This document shows positions 25,930-35,259 of a DNA stretch of 64,000 nt, in pieces. Origin of the DNA: Paludibacteraceae bacterium (GTDB taxonomy: Bacteria > Bacteroidota > Bacteroidia > Bacteroidales > Paludibacteraceae). The notes below the pieces were generated by a model, which was given only the letters and a program-made list of their open reading frames with translations, did no database searches and was not told the origin of the DNA. Made by a program: the position numbers and the translations under genes. The first letter of the stretch is position 1; each line of letters starts with the position of its first letter. The stretch spans positions 20,615 through 84,614 of the forward strand of contig JAZUCY010000010.1 of NCBI GenBank assembly GCA_045639365.1. Reading direction: 5' to 3'.

Positions 25930-26316
25930 GTGAAAATAAACGGAATACGCAAATAATTTTGAAGAAAAGTTAATTTTTTATTGGAAGTAGTATAAGATTT
26001 TAGATTTGAAAGGGTATTTTCGCCCAATAAGAAGACAAATAGCTCCTACTCGCTGCGCTCGTCCGCTGAAGCTTTAAAGACAAATCTAATGACCGATTCG
26101 GGTTAAAAGACAATACCGACAACAAAGAAAACGTACGGCTATGCCGATCGTTCGAACGAAGTGAGATAAGAATTGTAAACAATTACAATGGGTTACCAAG
26201 AGTTAAGATTAAGCGGACGCAAGGAGATAACAATAACCCTCACGCGCGCGGCGCGCGCAACATAATATTAAGGTGAAGCAGATGTTATATAGTGAAGTAA
26301 ATGTTATATAACGCAG

Positions 26317-26340
26317 AAAACCGCCCACGCAGGCGGTTTT
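26317..26340. terminator. isolated bidirectional-looking hairpin AAAACCGCC-CACGCA-GGCGGTTTT
   Basis: GC stem flanked by an A-run and a T-run in a 650-bp non-coding stretch. No annotated transcript ends here. Confidence 0.4.
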
Positions 26341-26392
26341 CATATATGGATAAGGGTGAAATCTATGCTTCTTTCCTTAGTCAAAGTAGCGG

Positions 26393-26447
26393 AATAACCT
26401 ACTAATCACCTATTAATAACCTACTAATCACCTACTAATAACCTATT
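26393..26447. repeat. 2.5 x 22-bp tandem repeat AATAACCTACTAATCACCTAYT
   Basis: Units at 26393-26414 and 26415-26436, plus a partial unit at 26437-26447. One mismatch. Confidence 0.85.
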
Positions 26448-26505
26448 ATTTTCGAGGAAAAACAAACTTTTGTTCATTTCTCTTGCTTTTGTTCATTTTT
26501 TGTTG

Positions 26506-26513
26506 TACCTTTG
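26506..26513 (+). promoter_or_regulatory. -7 promoter box TACCTTTG upstream of the DUF4294 gene
   Basis: TAnnTTTG match 12 nt upstream of the ATG at 26525. Confidence 0.5.
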
Positions 26514-26524
26514 CAGCAGAATAC

Positions 26525-27106
26525 ATGAAAAGAAATATCGTCATACTACTCTTAACGAGCTGTTGGTTCATTCTGTCGCATGCCCAGCATACGGTCGATT
26601 CGGTACGGTTGCAAGTCAGCCAAAACGACACTTTTTATCTCGCACGAATGCAAGACGTCTGGGTCTATCCACAAATGGTATTCAAAAACAAACAACAAGA
26701 ACGCTTCTATTGGAAGACCATTCGTGACGTCAAACGCACCCTTCCACTTGCCAAAGAACTGGCCAAAGAGATGCAAGTCGCAGACCAACAGTTGGCATTA
26801 TTGCCCGACGACAAAGCCCGTCGCAAATGGTGGCGACAGTACGAGAAATACCTATTCCAAAAGTACGAAAATAATTTCCGACGCATGACCGCCTCCCAAG
26901 GGCAAATGCTCATGAAACTCATGGATCGCGAGAGCGACCGCACGAGTTACGAAATCATCCAGCATTATCGCGGAAAAGCCAGTGCTAACTTCTGGCAGTT
27001 CGTTGCCAAACTATTCAAGAATGACCTAAAAGAAGGCTATGATGCTGCGGACAAAGACCGCATCGTGGAGCGCGTGATTAACCTTGTGGAGGCAGGGCAA
27101 CTATAG
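26525..27106 (+). CDS. DUF4294 domain-containing protein
   Basis: Signal peptide MKRNIVILLLTSCWFILSHA. The stretch RMTASQGQMLMKLMDRESDRTSYEIIQHYRGKASANFWQFVAKLF matches my memory of DUF4294. Confidence 0.7.
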   Translation: MKRNIVILLLTSCWFILSHAQHTVDSVRLQVSQNDTFYLARMQDVWVYPQMVFKNKQQERFYWKTIRDVKRTLPLAKELAKEMQVADQQLALLPDDKARRKWWRQYEKYLFQKYENNFRRMTASQGQMLMKLMDRESDRTSYEIIQHYRGKASANFWQFVAKLFKNDLKEGYDAADKDRIVERVINLVEAGQL

Positions 27107-27350
27107 TCCCCTACGGTTCTCTTATTCATATTTAGTGCAAGACTATTAGCCTAACGATTATGTTATCAACAACTTAAACAACATTTTTCTTCAACAACAA
27201 CTGCGCGCGCCAACATGCGCTTGCCATGACATTTCTATGGTGATTTTATATTTCATGCCGCTCGCGATGTTGGCGAGCGGAAGGTTGTTGATTTTTTTGT
27301 TGTTTTTGTTGTTGGAAGTTTATTTTCTTGCACGAAATTTGAATACCCCC

Positions 27351-28709
27351 CTATGCAGTAAACTGGCGCATGTCGCGGTTGATGACAATAGCCGCAGTAA
27401 TCACAGACAGGCTGTCGCTGATTGGCCATGCCCACCATACGCCCCAAATAGCATCAAAACCGAAACGCTGGAACACTATAGGCAAGCACAATATCAGCGG
27501 TATGAGGAATAATACCTGACGAGTTAGACTCAGGAAGATGGCTTTTGGCGCCTTGCCAATAGAAGTGTAGAAGTTACCCGTAATCATAGGAAAACCGATA
27601 GCAAACATCACGCATAGCATGATACGAGCAGGTGCAATAGACTGTGCTATCAGTGCTTCATCGTGCGTGAAAAGGCGAATAAAACCTTCGGGCCAAATCA
27701 CGCCAAACAACCACAATACACCCATCACGCAAGTCGCACAATACACCGACAACTTGAACGCTCTCAACATACGCGCATACAAATTCGCGCCGTAGTTATA
27801 TCCCACAATAGGTTGCATACCCTGCTGAATACCCATGACAATCATCACAAAGAAGAAGATAAAACGGTTGGTCATACCGAAGGTAGCAATAGACATGTCA
27901 CCGCCATAACGTTTGAGCTGGTTGTTGAGCACAATCACCACAAAGCAAGCTGCCATGTGCATGAGGAAAGGTGCAGTACCTATACCCAACGCACGCATGG
28001 TAATATCACGCTTCAGGCGCCATATACCGCGGTGAAAATAGATGACCTCCTTGGGATTGAGGAATATAATCAACTCTATCACCACGGACACCAATTGCGA
28101 GAGCATGGTTGCCAATGCAGCACCGCGCACACCCATATCCAACACAAAAATAAAGATAGGGTCTAATACCACATTCAATGCCACCGCCAAGATGGTTGCG
28201 TACATGGATATACGTGGATGACCAATGGAGCGCAACATACTATTCAGACCATAGTAGATATGGGTGAGTATATTGCCCAACAATATTATCTCCATATAAT
28301 CGCGCGCGTAAGCAATCGTGGCATCGCTGGCACCAAAGGCATACAGGATAGGGTCAAGCCAAAAGAGTCCCACCACCATGACCAATGCACCTAAGAGCAC
28401 ATTCAGAATCACCACGTTCGCCAGCACATCATTGGCAGAACGGTAGTCTTTCTCACCCAATTTGATAGCCACCAGCGAACTGGCACCCACACCCACCAAT
28501 GTGCCAAAGGCAGCGCAAATATCCATAAAGGGTTTGGCAACCGTCAGTCCCGACAATGCCAGAGCACCCACTCCGTGGCCGATAAAAATGGAGTCCACCA
28601 TGTTGTAGAGCGACATGGCGGTCATGGCTATAATGCCTGGAGTAGCGTACTTGAGCAGTAGGCTACGGATAGAAGCTGTGCCGAGTTCGGTTATCTTAGG
28701 TGCTGACAT
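27351..28709 (-). CDS. MATE family efflux transporter
   Basis: 452 aa with about 12 TM segments. The N-terminus LLKYATPGIIAMTAMSLYNMVDSIFIGHGVG is typical of MATE transporters. Confidence 0.85.
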   Translation of the reverse strand: MSAPKITELGTASIRSLLLKYATPGIIAMTAMSLYNMVDSIFIGHGVGALALSGLTVAKPFMDICAAFGTLVGVGASSLVAIKLGEKDYRSANDVLANVVILNVLLGALVMVVGLFWLDPILYAFGASDATIAYARDYMEIILLGNILTHIYYGLNSMLRSIGHPRISMYATILAVALNVVLDPIFIFVLDMGVRGAALATMLSQLVSVVIELIIFLNPKEVIYFHRGIWRLKRDITMRALGIGTAPFLMHMAACFVVIVLNNQLKRYGGDMSIATFGMTNRFIFFFVMIVMGIQQGMQPIVGYNYGANLYARMLRAFKLSVYCATCVMGVLWLFGVIWPEGFIRLFTHDEALIAQSIAPARIMLCVMFAIGFPMITGNFYTSIGKAPKAIFLSLTRQVLFLIPLILCLPIVFQRFGFDAIWGVWWAWPISDSLSVITAAIVINRDMRQFTA

Positions 28710-29731
28710 ATCGTTTCAAACATTTGTGCGGCGGGGTGTCCATCTTGCAGGGCGATAGGTGTGCCCTCGTCGCCTCCTTCGCGTATCGATTGTACCAGTG
28801 GCACTTGTCCCAAGAGTGGGATATTCAACTCCTCTGCCAGTTGCTTGCCACCATCTTTGCCGAAGATATAGTATCGGTTGTTAGGCAACTCCGCAGGCGT
28901 GAACCATGCCATATTCTCTATCAGACCCAAGACGGGGACATTGATTTTCTCGTTGAGGAACATATCCACGCCCTTGCGTGCGTCCACCAGTGCCACAGGT
29001 TGAGGCGTAGTCACTACGATGGCTCCTGTCAGGTGCAAGTGTTGCACCAAGGTAAGGTGAATATCGCTGGTGCCAGGAGGGAGGTCTATGAGGAAATAGT
29101 CCAACTCGCCCCAGTTGGCATCCTGAATCAATTGCTTGATGGCGTTGCTCGCCATACCACCACGCCATACCACTGCCTGCTGCGGATCAACAAAGAAACC
29201 GATAGATAGCATCTTCACACCGTATTGCTCGATAGGCTCTATGAGGTTGCGACCGTTCACGGGTGTGGAGACAGGACGGCAACCCTCGGTGTGAAACATC
29301 TTAGGTATAGATGGACCATGTATATCCGCGTCCAAAAGACCCACCTTGTAACCCATCTTTGCCAATGCAATAGCCAAGTTAGCAGAGATAGTGGATTTAC
29401 CCACACCGCCTTTACCCGAGTGAATAGCAATCACTTGCGCTGCGCGCAAGTTCTCCACCGAGTCGGCCTTGGGGGCCATGTTCTGCTTGATAAACTTGGT
29501 GTGGATATGCACGGCTGCGTTCTCATCGACGTATGTATGAATAGCCGTTTCTGCTGCTTTGACTACAGATTTGCGGAATGGGTCGTTGTCTTTGTCGAAT
29601 ATCAACGAAAACGATACTTCTAAACCCGAGATACGAATATCGTCTTCGAGCATACCGCTCTCTATCAAGTTCTTACCCGTGCCTGGGTAGCGAACATGTT
29701 GTAGTGCGTCAATTATTTGTTGAGGATACAT
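28691..29731 (-). CDS. Mrp/NBP35 (ApbC-type) iron-sulfur cluster carrier ATPase
   Basis: 346 aa with the deviant Walker A SGKGGVGKSTISANLA, an N-terminal DUF59-like region and the ENMAWF motif. Confidence 0.9.
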   Translation of the reverse strand: MYPQQIIDALQHVRYPGTGKNLIESGMLEDDIRISGLEVSFSLIFDKDNDPFRKSVVKAAETAIHTYVDENAAVHIHTKFIKQNMAPKADSVENLRAAQVIAIHSGKGGVGKSTISANLAIALAKMGYKVGLLDADIHGPSIPKMFHTEGCRPVSTPVNGRNLIEPIEQYGVKMLSIGFFVDPQQAVVWRGGMASNAIKQLIQDANWGELDYFLIDLPPGTSDIHLTLVQHLHLTGAIVVTTPQPVALVDARKGVDMFLNEKINVPVLGLIENMAWFTPAELPNNRYYIFGKDGGKQLAEELNIPLLGQVPLVQSIREGGDEGTPIALQDGHPAAQMFETICQHLR

Positions 29732-29763
29732 TATTTTTTCGTTTAAAGTGTAAAGTTTATAGT

Positions 29764-30546
29764 TTAAAGGCTGGAGGTATAGTTTCTGCCATACGAGCGA
29801 TAGGTGTCTTTTTCGATTTCTATTTCAGGTTCTATGAGCGATGGTTCTTTGGGCAGTTGCCATGCTATATACTTGATAGTCAGTCCGCGGTCAAGCCACT
29901 GGTGCTCGTAGTGCGTCTGCAAGGCGCGTGCTTCTTCTGTGGCTGATGCTGGTGTCTGGTATCCGGCATCCGGTATCCGGTTATAAAGATCATCCGTGTC
30001 CACCAATATTTGATACTTATTCTCTTTCACCATTGCCTGTGTGTAGGTATAGAGGAATGGGCTGTCGGTCTTGAGATGGATGATACCATCGGGACGGAGC
30101 AGTTGGCGATAGCGCGCCATGAAATAGGTGGAAGTCAGTCGCTTGGTAGCTTTCTTCATTTGTGGATCGGGGAAGGTAATCCAAATCTCTGCCACCTCAT
30201 CGGGGGCAAAGAAGTGAGAAATCATTTCTATGTTCGTGCGCAGGAATGCCACATTCTTTATGCCTGCCAGTTCGGCTTGTTTAGCACCTGCCCACATGCG
30301 CGCACCCTTGATGTCTATGCCTATATAGTTCTTGTGAGGGTTACGCTCAGCCAGTCCTACGGTGTATTCGCCACGACCACAACCCAGTTCCAATACGATA
30401 GGGTTGTCGTTCTTGAAGTACTCCGCATGCCACTTGCCACGCATAGCCACTACGGGACTCTCTTCCACACACTCGCGCGCTCCACACTGAAACACGTTGT
30501 GGAAAGTCTCCATCTCTGCAAATTTCTTTAGTTTATTCTTTCCCAT
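29764..30546 (-). CDS. trmB: tRNA (guanine(46)-N7)-methyltransferase TrmB
   Basis: 260 aa with the motifs [16 protein letters not shown] and [12 protein letters not shown]. Confidence 0.85.
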   Translation of the reverse strand: MGKNKLKKFAEMETFHNVFQCGARECVEESPVVAMRGKWHAEYFKNDNPIVLELGCGRGEYTVGLAERNPHKNYIGIDIKGARMWAGAKQAELAGIKNVAFLRTNIEMISHFFAPDEVAEIWITFPDPQMKKATKRLTSTYFMARYRQLLRPDGIIHLKTDSPFLYTYTQAMVKENKYQILVDTDDLYNRIPDAGYQTPASATEEARALQTHYEHQWLDRGLTIKYIAWQLPKEPSLIEPEIEIEKDTYRSYGRNYTSSL

Positions 30547-30556
30547 ATCCTTGCCT

Positions 30557-31018
30557 TTAATCTCTAATCTCTACAACTACTCCTACATCCGTAATGCCTT
30601 TCAGCCATTCTGTTCGCATGCCTTGTCGAATGGCGAAGGTGTATTCGCCTGTGTGCTCAAAACGGCGATGCGCATCGTACAACAATGGCAACTCATATCG
30701 GTTGATACCTTTGCCAAACCAGCGACCATAGTCGTCTGCCATCATAGCCTCAATAGTATCTCGATGCAGGAGCATATTGCCCTTATACTCATCCACAAAC
30801 AGCCACAAGTTCTGATAGGGATATTCTCCATTATGGCGTACCACGATAAGCATGTCGTATAGCGCAGTCGAGTCGGCAATCTCGGCGGTGTAGGTCAGCG
30901 CAGAATCTTGATGCCACCCCTCGAGAGGCTGCGAATAGAAAGTGGTATATACCACCCGCTCGTGGCAGGCACTACATAGCAGAACTATCGTCAGTAGTAT
31001 GAACCAGATATTTCTCAT
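30557..31018 (-). CDS. gldH: gliding-motility/T9SS-associated lipoprotein GldH
   Basis: 153 aa with a lipoprotein signal (LLCSAC). It has [22 protein letters not shown] and [12 protein letters not shown]. The gene order holB - PSP1 - gldH is typical of Bacteroidetes. Confidence 0.7.
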   Translation of the reverse strand: MRNIWFILLTIVLLCSACHERVVYTTFYSQPLEGWHQDSALTYTAEIADSTALYDMLIVVRHNGEYPYQNLWLFVDEYKGNMLLHRDTIEAMMADDYGRWFGKGINRYELPLLYDAHRRFEHTGEYTFAIRQGMRTEWLKGITDVGVVVEIRD

Positions 31019-32199
31019 TCGGACTTGCGAGGTGCTTGTGGGTTGTTACCACGAGGACGATTATCGCGGCGACGGTTGTTATTGTTGTGGTTATTATTGT
31101 GATTCTTGTTGTTGCGGTTGTTCTTCTTCTTGTCGAAACGGGTCAAGTCGTCCTGTCCCACTACGTTTTGATAGTCCACCTCAATGGCTTCGATAGAAGA
31201 TTGCTTACCGCCCAGATTATAGGGTTTCTCTCCTCGTCTATTCATCTCGATGATGTCCCGTGCTTGTTTCACAGATATGGCTTGCAGGTTCACAGGGCGA
31301 TGTGCATCAGTAGAGTAGGTTACTTCGCCCTTCAGAGGATCTGCCGAGAAGAAATAGTAGGTGGCATCTTGTGTCTCGAGTGGTTGGTGACGCGATGGCA
31401 ATTTCTTGCATGCCTCCTCATATACGGGTATCTCGTAGTTGAGGCAGCATTTGAGTTTGGCGCATTGTCCTGCCAGTTTCTGTGGATTGAGCGACAGGTT
31501 CTGTATGCGAGCAGCATTCGTGCCTACGGAGGTGAACTGTGTCATCCATGTCGAGCAACAGAGCTCTCGTCCGCAAGGTCCTGTACCACCAATGCGCCCA
31601 GCCTCTTGGCGTGCACCAATCTGCTTCATCTCAATGCGCACACGAAACGACTCGGCATACACCTTGATGAGTTGACGGAAGTCCACACGTCCCTCGGCTA
31701 TGTAGTAGAAGATGGCTTTGGAACCATCGCCTTGGTACTCCACATCGCCAATCTTCATTTCCAGTCCCAAGGATTTGGCCAGTTTGCGGGCTTCAATCAT
31801 AGTAGCTTGCTCTTTGGCATGAGCGTCCATAGCGCGTTGTTTGTCCTCTTCGGTGGCGAGACGGAGGATATTGCGAATCTCATATCGCTCGGTGTTGATA
31901 TGGTTCTTCTTGATTTGCAGGGGCACCAATCGTCCTACCAGTGTCACTTCGCCCATGTCGCAACCAGGGTTAGCCTCCACTATAACCACCATACCCTTCT
32001 CCAATGGGAGATGATTGATGTTGTGGTAATACCCTTTGCGGGTGTTCTTGAACTGCACCTCCACCAAGTCGGTTTCATCGCCTGTGAGAGGTACATCGCT
32101 CAACCAGTCCACCACAGGCAACATGTGCTTGGGGTTGTGATTGACAGCGCGTTTGCTGATATGACATACACCCGTGTCTATTGTAAAATCTTCTTTCAT
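31015..32199 (-). CDS. PSP1 domain-containing protein (RicT/YaaT-like)
   Basis: 394 aa with the motifs GPCGRELCCSTWM and CAKLKCCLNYE. It has a low-complexity Asn/Arg-rich C-terminal tail. Confidence 0.85.
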   Translation of the reverse strand: MKEDFTIDTGVCHISKRAVNHNPKHMLPVVDWLSDVPLTGDETDLVEVQFKNTRKGYYHNINHLPLEKGMVVIVEANPGCDMGEVTLVGRLVPLQIKKNHINTERYEIRNILRLATEEDKQRAMDAHAKEQATMIEARKLAKSLGLEMKIGDVEYQGDGSKAIFYYIAEGRVDFRQLIKVYAESFRVRIEMKQIGARQEAGRIGGTGPCGRELCCSTWMTQFTSVGTNAARIQNLSLNPQKLAGQCAKLKCCLNYEIPVYEEACKKLPSRHQPLETQDATYYFFSADPLKGEVTYSTDAHRPVNLQAISVKQARDIIEMNRRGEKPYNLGGKQSSIEAIEVDYQNVVGQDDLTRFDKKKNNRNNKNHNNNHNNNNRRRDNRPRGNNPQAPRKSE

Positions 32200-32224
32200 A
32201 TATATCTTGCCTTTAAACTCTAAA

Positions 32225-33370
32225 CTACTTCACCAGCACAATCATCTGCAAACAGAGATCAAAAAAGATAATCTTTGCATTGCCGTTCTGGCTGATTTGT
32301 TGCTCGGCTCTACCGAGTTCGTTCATCATCTTCTCTACATTCCCCTCGTGAATAAACGGAGCAAAACGGGTTGAGAATTGTCGTTCGCTGGCTGTTTGGT
32401 AGTTCATTTCAGGGGATCCAAAATTGTAGATATAGTTCTCGCGTATCTGTCGTTGTGCGTATTGCAGGAATGCCTTCTGTTTCTCTCGTCCTACCTTGTT
32501 ATCCGCTATATCATTGCTCCATTGACGGAGTTTGAGCAATGCGCTATAATCCTTCTTTTGTCCGACCAGCCAAGCGTTTCGCATCAGTGCCACAAAGTCA
32601 TCAAAGTATCGGTTCTCCTCTTCGCTGTTTCGCCATGTTCTGAGGGCAGTGAGGAAACTACCATTGGCTATATGGGCTATGTCCTGTGCATGTGCAGGGG
32701 TGATGTCTGCCATTTGTGTGATGAGAGCTTCGGCTATCACTCCTTCCGATAGGCGAGGTACGCGTATCTCCTGGGCGCGGGACAATATGGTGGAGAGCAA
32801 CAACTCGGGATGGTCGCTGACCAGCAGGAACAAGGTTTTAGTGGGTGGCTCTTCCAGTAATTTGAGCAGTTTGTTAGCGCAAGTCAAGTTCATCTTCTCA
32901 GGCAACCACACTATCATTACCTTGTATCCATTACTAAAACTCTTCAATGACAACTTGCGCAGTATCTCGCTGCTTTCTTTCTCGTAGATAAGACCTTGTT
33001 TTGTTTCCACGCCCAGTGTGCGGTACCAGTCATCCAAATCAAAATAGTGGCTCTCCAGTACCATTGTTCGGAACTTGTCGATGTATGCGTCACACACGTC
33101 ACCGTTGTCTGATTTAACGATAGGGAAAACAAAGTGTAGGTCAGGGTGTTGCATTTTCTGGTATTGCAAACAACTGGCGCATTGTCCGCATGAATCTTCT
33201 TCGTTACGATGTGGGCAAGCCAGATATTGGGCGTATGCGATGGCTAAAGCCAACTTACCTACGCCACTGATACCAGTAAACAGTTGGGCATGCGCGATAC
33301 GTCCTTCCTGTACGGATTGACGCAGTCGTTTTTTGACTTCTTCTTGTCCTACAATTTCACAAAAACGCAT
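32225..33370 (-). CDS. holB: DNA polymerase III subunit delta' (HolB)
   Basis: It contains MRFCEIVGQEEVKKRLRQSVQEGRIAHAQLFTGISGVGK and a zinc-module-like C.QC.SC. The start was moved from 33538 to the Met at 33370, downstream of the promoter box. Confidence 0.8.
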   Translation of the reverse strand: MRFCEIVGQEEVKKRLRQSVQEGRIAHAQLFTGISGVGKLALAIAYAQYLACPHRNEEDSCGQCASCLQYQKMQHPDLHFVFPIVKSDNGDVCDAYIDKFRTMVLESHYFDLDDWYRTLGVETKQGLIYEKESSEILRKLSLKSFSNGYKVMIVWLPEKMNLTCANKLLKLLEEPPTKTLFLLVSDHPELLLSTILSRAQEIRVPRLSEGVIAEALITQMADITPAHAQDIAHIANGSFLTALRTWRNSEEENRYFDDFVALMRNAWLVGQKKDYSALLKLRQWSNDIADNKVGREKQKAFLQYAQRQIRENYIYNFGSPEMNYQTASERQFSTRFAPFIHEGNVEKMMNELGRAEQQISQNGNAKIIFFDLCLQMIVLVK

Positions 33371-33388
33371 AGTTATACAAATTCGCTG

Positions 33389-33396
33389 CAAAGTTA
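33389..33396 (-). promoter_or_regulatory. -7 promoter box (TAACTTTG on the minus strand) for the holB operon
   Basis: The plus strand reads CAAAGTTA, about 19 nt upstream of the ATG at 33370. Confidence 0.55.
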
Positions 33397-33603
33397 CTAC
33401 AAAAAATGCACATTTACAAGAAAAATGAGCGAAAAGTTTACTTTTAGGCGAAATTTGCTCGCAAATTGACTGCATTAAGCGACCATATTTTCTATTATCC
33501 TTCGCACCCATCTTTTCATAGATGAAAATATACCCCAAAAAGCAAAAGTGAGAAATATTTTAAGATTTTTTATAATTTATTTGGAAATTCCGCCGAAAAT
33601 GAG

Positions 33604-33611
33604 TACCTTTG
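33604..33611 (+). promoter_or_regulatory. -7 promoter box TACCTTTG for the 33638 gene
   Basis: TAnnTTTG match 27 nt upstream of the ATG at 33638. Confidence 0.55.
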
Positions 33612-33637
33612 TCGCCGAAAAGTACGCATTTAATACT

Positions 33638-34768
33638 ATGGCTGTAGAAATTAAAGAAATCACGACACGTCGTGACCTAAAGAAATTCATTCAATTTGGT
33701 AATGATTTTTATAAGGACAATGAGTATTTTTGTCCTCAGTTGATTAGTGATGAACTCAATACGTTCGACCCTAAGATTAACCCCGCTCACGAGGTATGCG
33801 AGCATGTGTTGTATATGGCATATCGCGATGGACGTATCGTAGGACGTATCGCAGGTCTGATCAACCACGCTGCTAATGCACGTTGGGGCGTGAAGCACGT
33901 TCGCTTCGGCTGGATTGACTTTATCGATGACGAAGAGGTGAGCCGCGCACTTCTGGACAAAGTAGCCGAATGGGGCAAAGCCAAAGGTATGGAGCAAATC
34001 AATGGTCCTGTAGGTTTTACCGACTTTGACCACCAAGGTCTCCTGCTGGAGGGCTATGATCACCTTGCGCCTATGGCATCTCTCTACAACTATCCTTACT
34101 ACGTTCGACACATGGACGCATACGGATTGCAGAAAGAAGCCGACTGGATTGAGTACCAGATCTATCCACCTGAGACACTGCCAGAGCGTTTTGCCAAGAT
34201 GGACCGCATCGTGCGTGAGCGAAGTCATGTACGCGTAGATAAAGTCAAGAACTGCAAAGAGTTAGTACAGAAATACGGCACACAATACATGGACGTCATA
34301 GATGTGGCTTACCAGAAACTCTATAATTTCCAACCTTTCACAGAGCGCCAAAAGAAATACTACTGCGATGTGTATTTCCCTATCCTAAACTTCGACTTTG
34401 TGACCATCGTTGTCAATGAGAAAGACGAAGTAGTAGGCGTAGGTGTGGGTATGCCAGATATCTCCAATGCGTTGCGCAAATGCAAAGGCAGACTCTTCCC
34501 ATTCGGTTGGTACCACATGCTCAAAGCCCTGCGCGCTAAGCAGATGGATGCCTTTGACTTGCTGATTATTGCAGTGCGTCCTGACTATCAAGACAAGGGT
34601 CTTAACGCAGTCATTATTGCCGACCAACACCCATACTTCGTCAAGTATGGTATCAAGCGTGTAGAGACCACCTCTATCTTGGAGACCAACACGAAGAACC
34701 AAGGACACTGGGAGCTCTTCCCACACAAGATTCACAAACGCCGTAGAGCATATATCAAGGATATTTAA
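33638..34768 (+). CDS. conserved hypothetical protein, possibly a GNAT-fold acyltransferase
   Basis: 377 aa. The segments YMAYRDGRIVGRIAG and VRPDYQDKGLNAVI suggest an acetyl-CoA-binding GNAT core. This was assigned by eye only. Confidence 0.45.
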   Translation: MAVEIKEITTRRDLKKFIQFGNDFYKDNEYFCPQLISDELNTFDPKINPAHEVCEHVLYMAYRDGRIVGRIAGLINHAANARWGVKHVRFGWIDFIDDEEVSRALLDKVAEWGKAKGMEQINGPVGFTDFDHQGLLLEGYDHLAPMASLYNYPYYVRHMDAYGLQKEADWIEYQIYPPETLPERFAKMDRIVRERSHVRVDKVKNCKELVQKYGTQYMDVIDVAYQKLYNFQPFTERQKKYYCDVYFPILNFDFVTIVVNEKDEVVGVGVGMPDISNALRKCKGRLFPFGWYHMLKALRAKQMDAFDLLIIAVRPDYQDKGLNAVIIADQHPYFVKYGIKRVETTSILETNTKNQGHWELFPHKIHKRRRAYIKDI

Positions 34769-34773
34769 GCCGA

Positions 34774-35232
34774 GTGCCACACAGAAAAGAGCATAGCGTA
34801 GAGAAGGGGACAGAGCAACTGCGTGCATATCTCACAGAGCATGGATTGAAGCACACGCCCGAACGGTATAGCATCATGGCTACTGCCTGCCGACTGCAGC
34901 ACTTCACCATCGATGAACTCCGCGCATCACTCACCGAGTTTTCCATTAGCCGAGCGACTATCTATAATACGCTTTCGCTACTGGAGGATGCGCGTTTGGT
35001 ACAGAAATTGGATAAGGAGTTTGGTGTGCGTTCCGCTCAATACGAATGGGTGATTGATCGCGAATCGTCGGTGCATGTGGTTTGTTCCAAGTGTGGGCGC
35101 GTGAGCCCCGTCAAAGACTCTACTATCAGCCGTATGTTGGCAGATAAGCGGTGGACGAACTTTGTGCCTCACCACTTTTCGCTATACGTGTTTGGCGAGT
35201 GCAGAGTATGTAGAAGAAAACTAAGAACCTAA
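34774..35232 (+). CDS. Fur family transcriptional regulator
   Basis: 152 aa with a winged-helix N-terminal half and two Cys pairs (CSKCGR ... CRVCRRK). It has a GTG start, so the exact start is uncertain. Confidence 0.65.
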   Translation: MPHRKEHSVEKGTEQLRAYLTEHGLKHTPERYSIMATACRLQHFTIDELRASLTEFSISRATIYNTLSLLEDARLVQKLDKEFGVRSAQYEWVIDRESSVHVVCSKCGRVSPVKDSTISRMLADKRWTNFVPHHFSLYVFGECRVCRRKLRT

Positions 35233-35259
35233 TTCCTAACCTAATAAACGATTAACAAA

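Noticed and set aside
26000-26182. A 60-aa minus-strand ORF (MFTILISLRSNDR...) sharing a peptide with the VirE-like protein.
   Set aside because: The shared ILISLRSNDR peptide derives from the 28-nt dispersed DNA element. There is no promoter or start context, so it is treated as non-coding repeat DNA.
28691-28709. The 19-nt overlap between the Mrp-family stop and the MATE start, as a possible frameshift or fusion.
   Set aside because: Both proteins are complete and typical in length. Short overlaps of this kind are common in operons, and no slippery sequence was seen.
31036-32223. A 395-aa plus-strand ORF covering the whole PSP1 gene in antisense.
   Set aside because: The minus-strand frame encodes a clearly recognisable PSP1 protein. 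The plus-strand product is low-complexity (VVIVVVIIVILVV...) with no promoter box or start context, so it is a shadow ORF.
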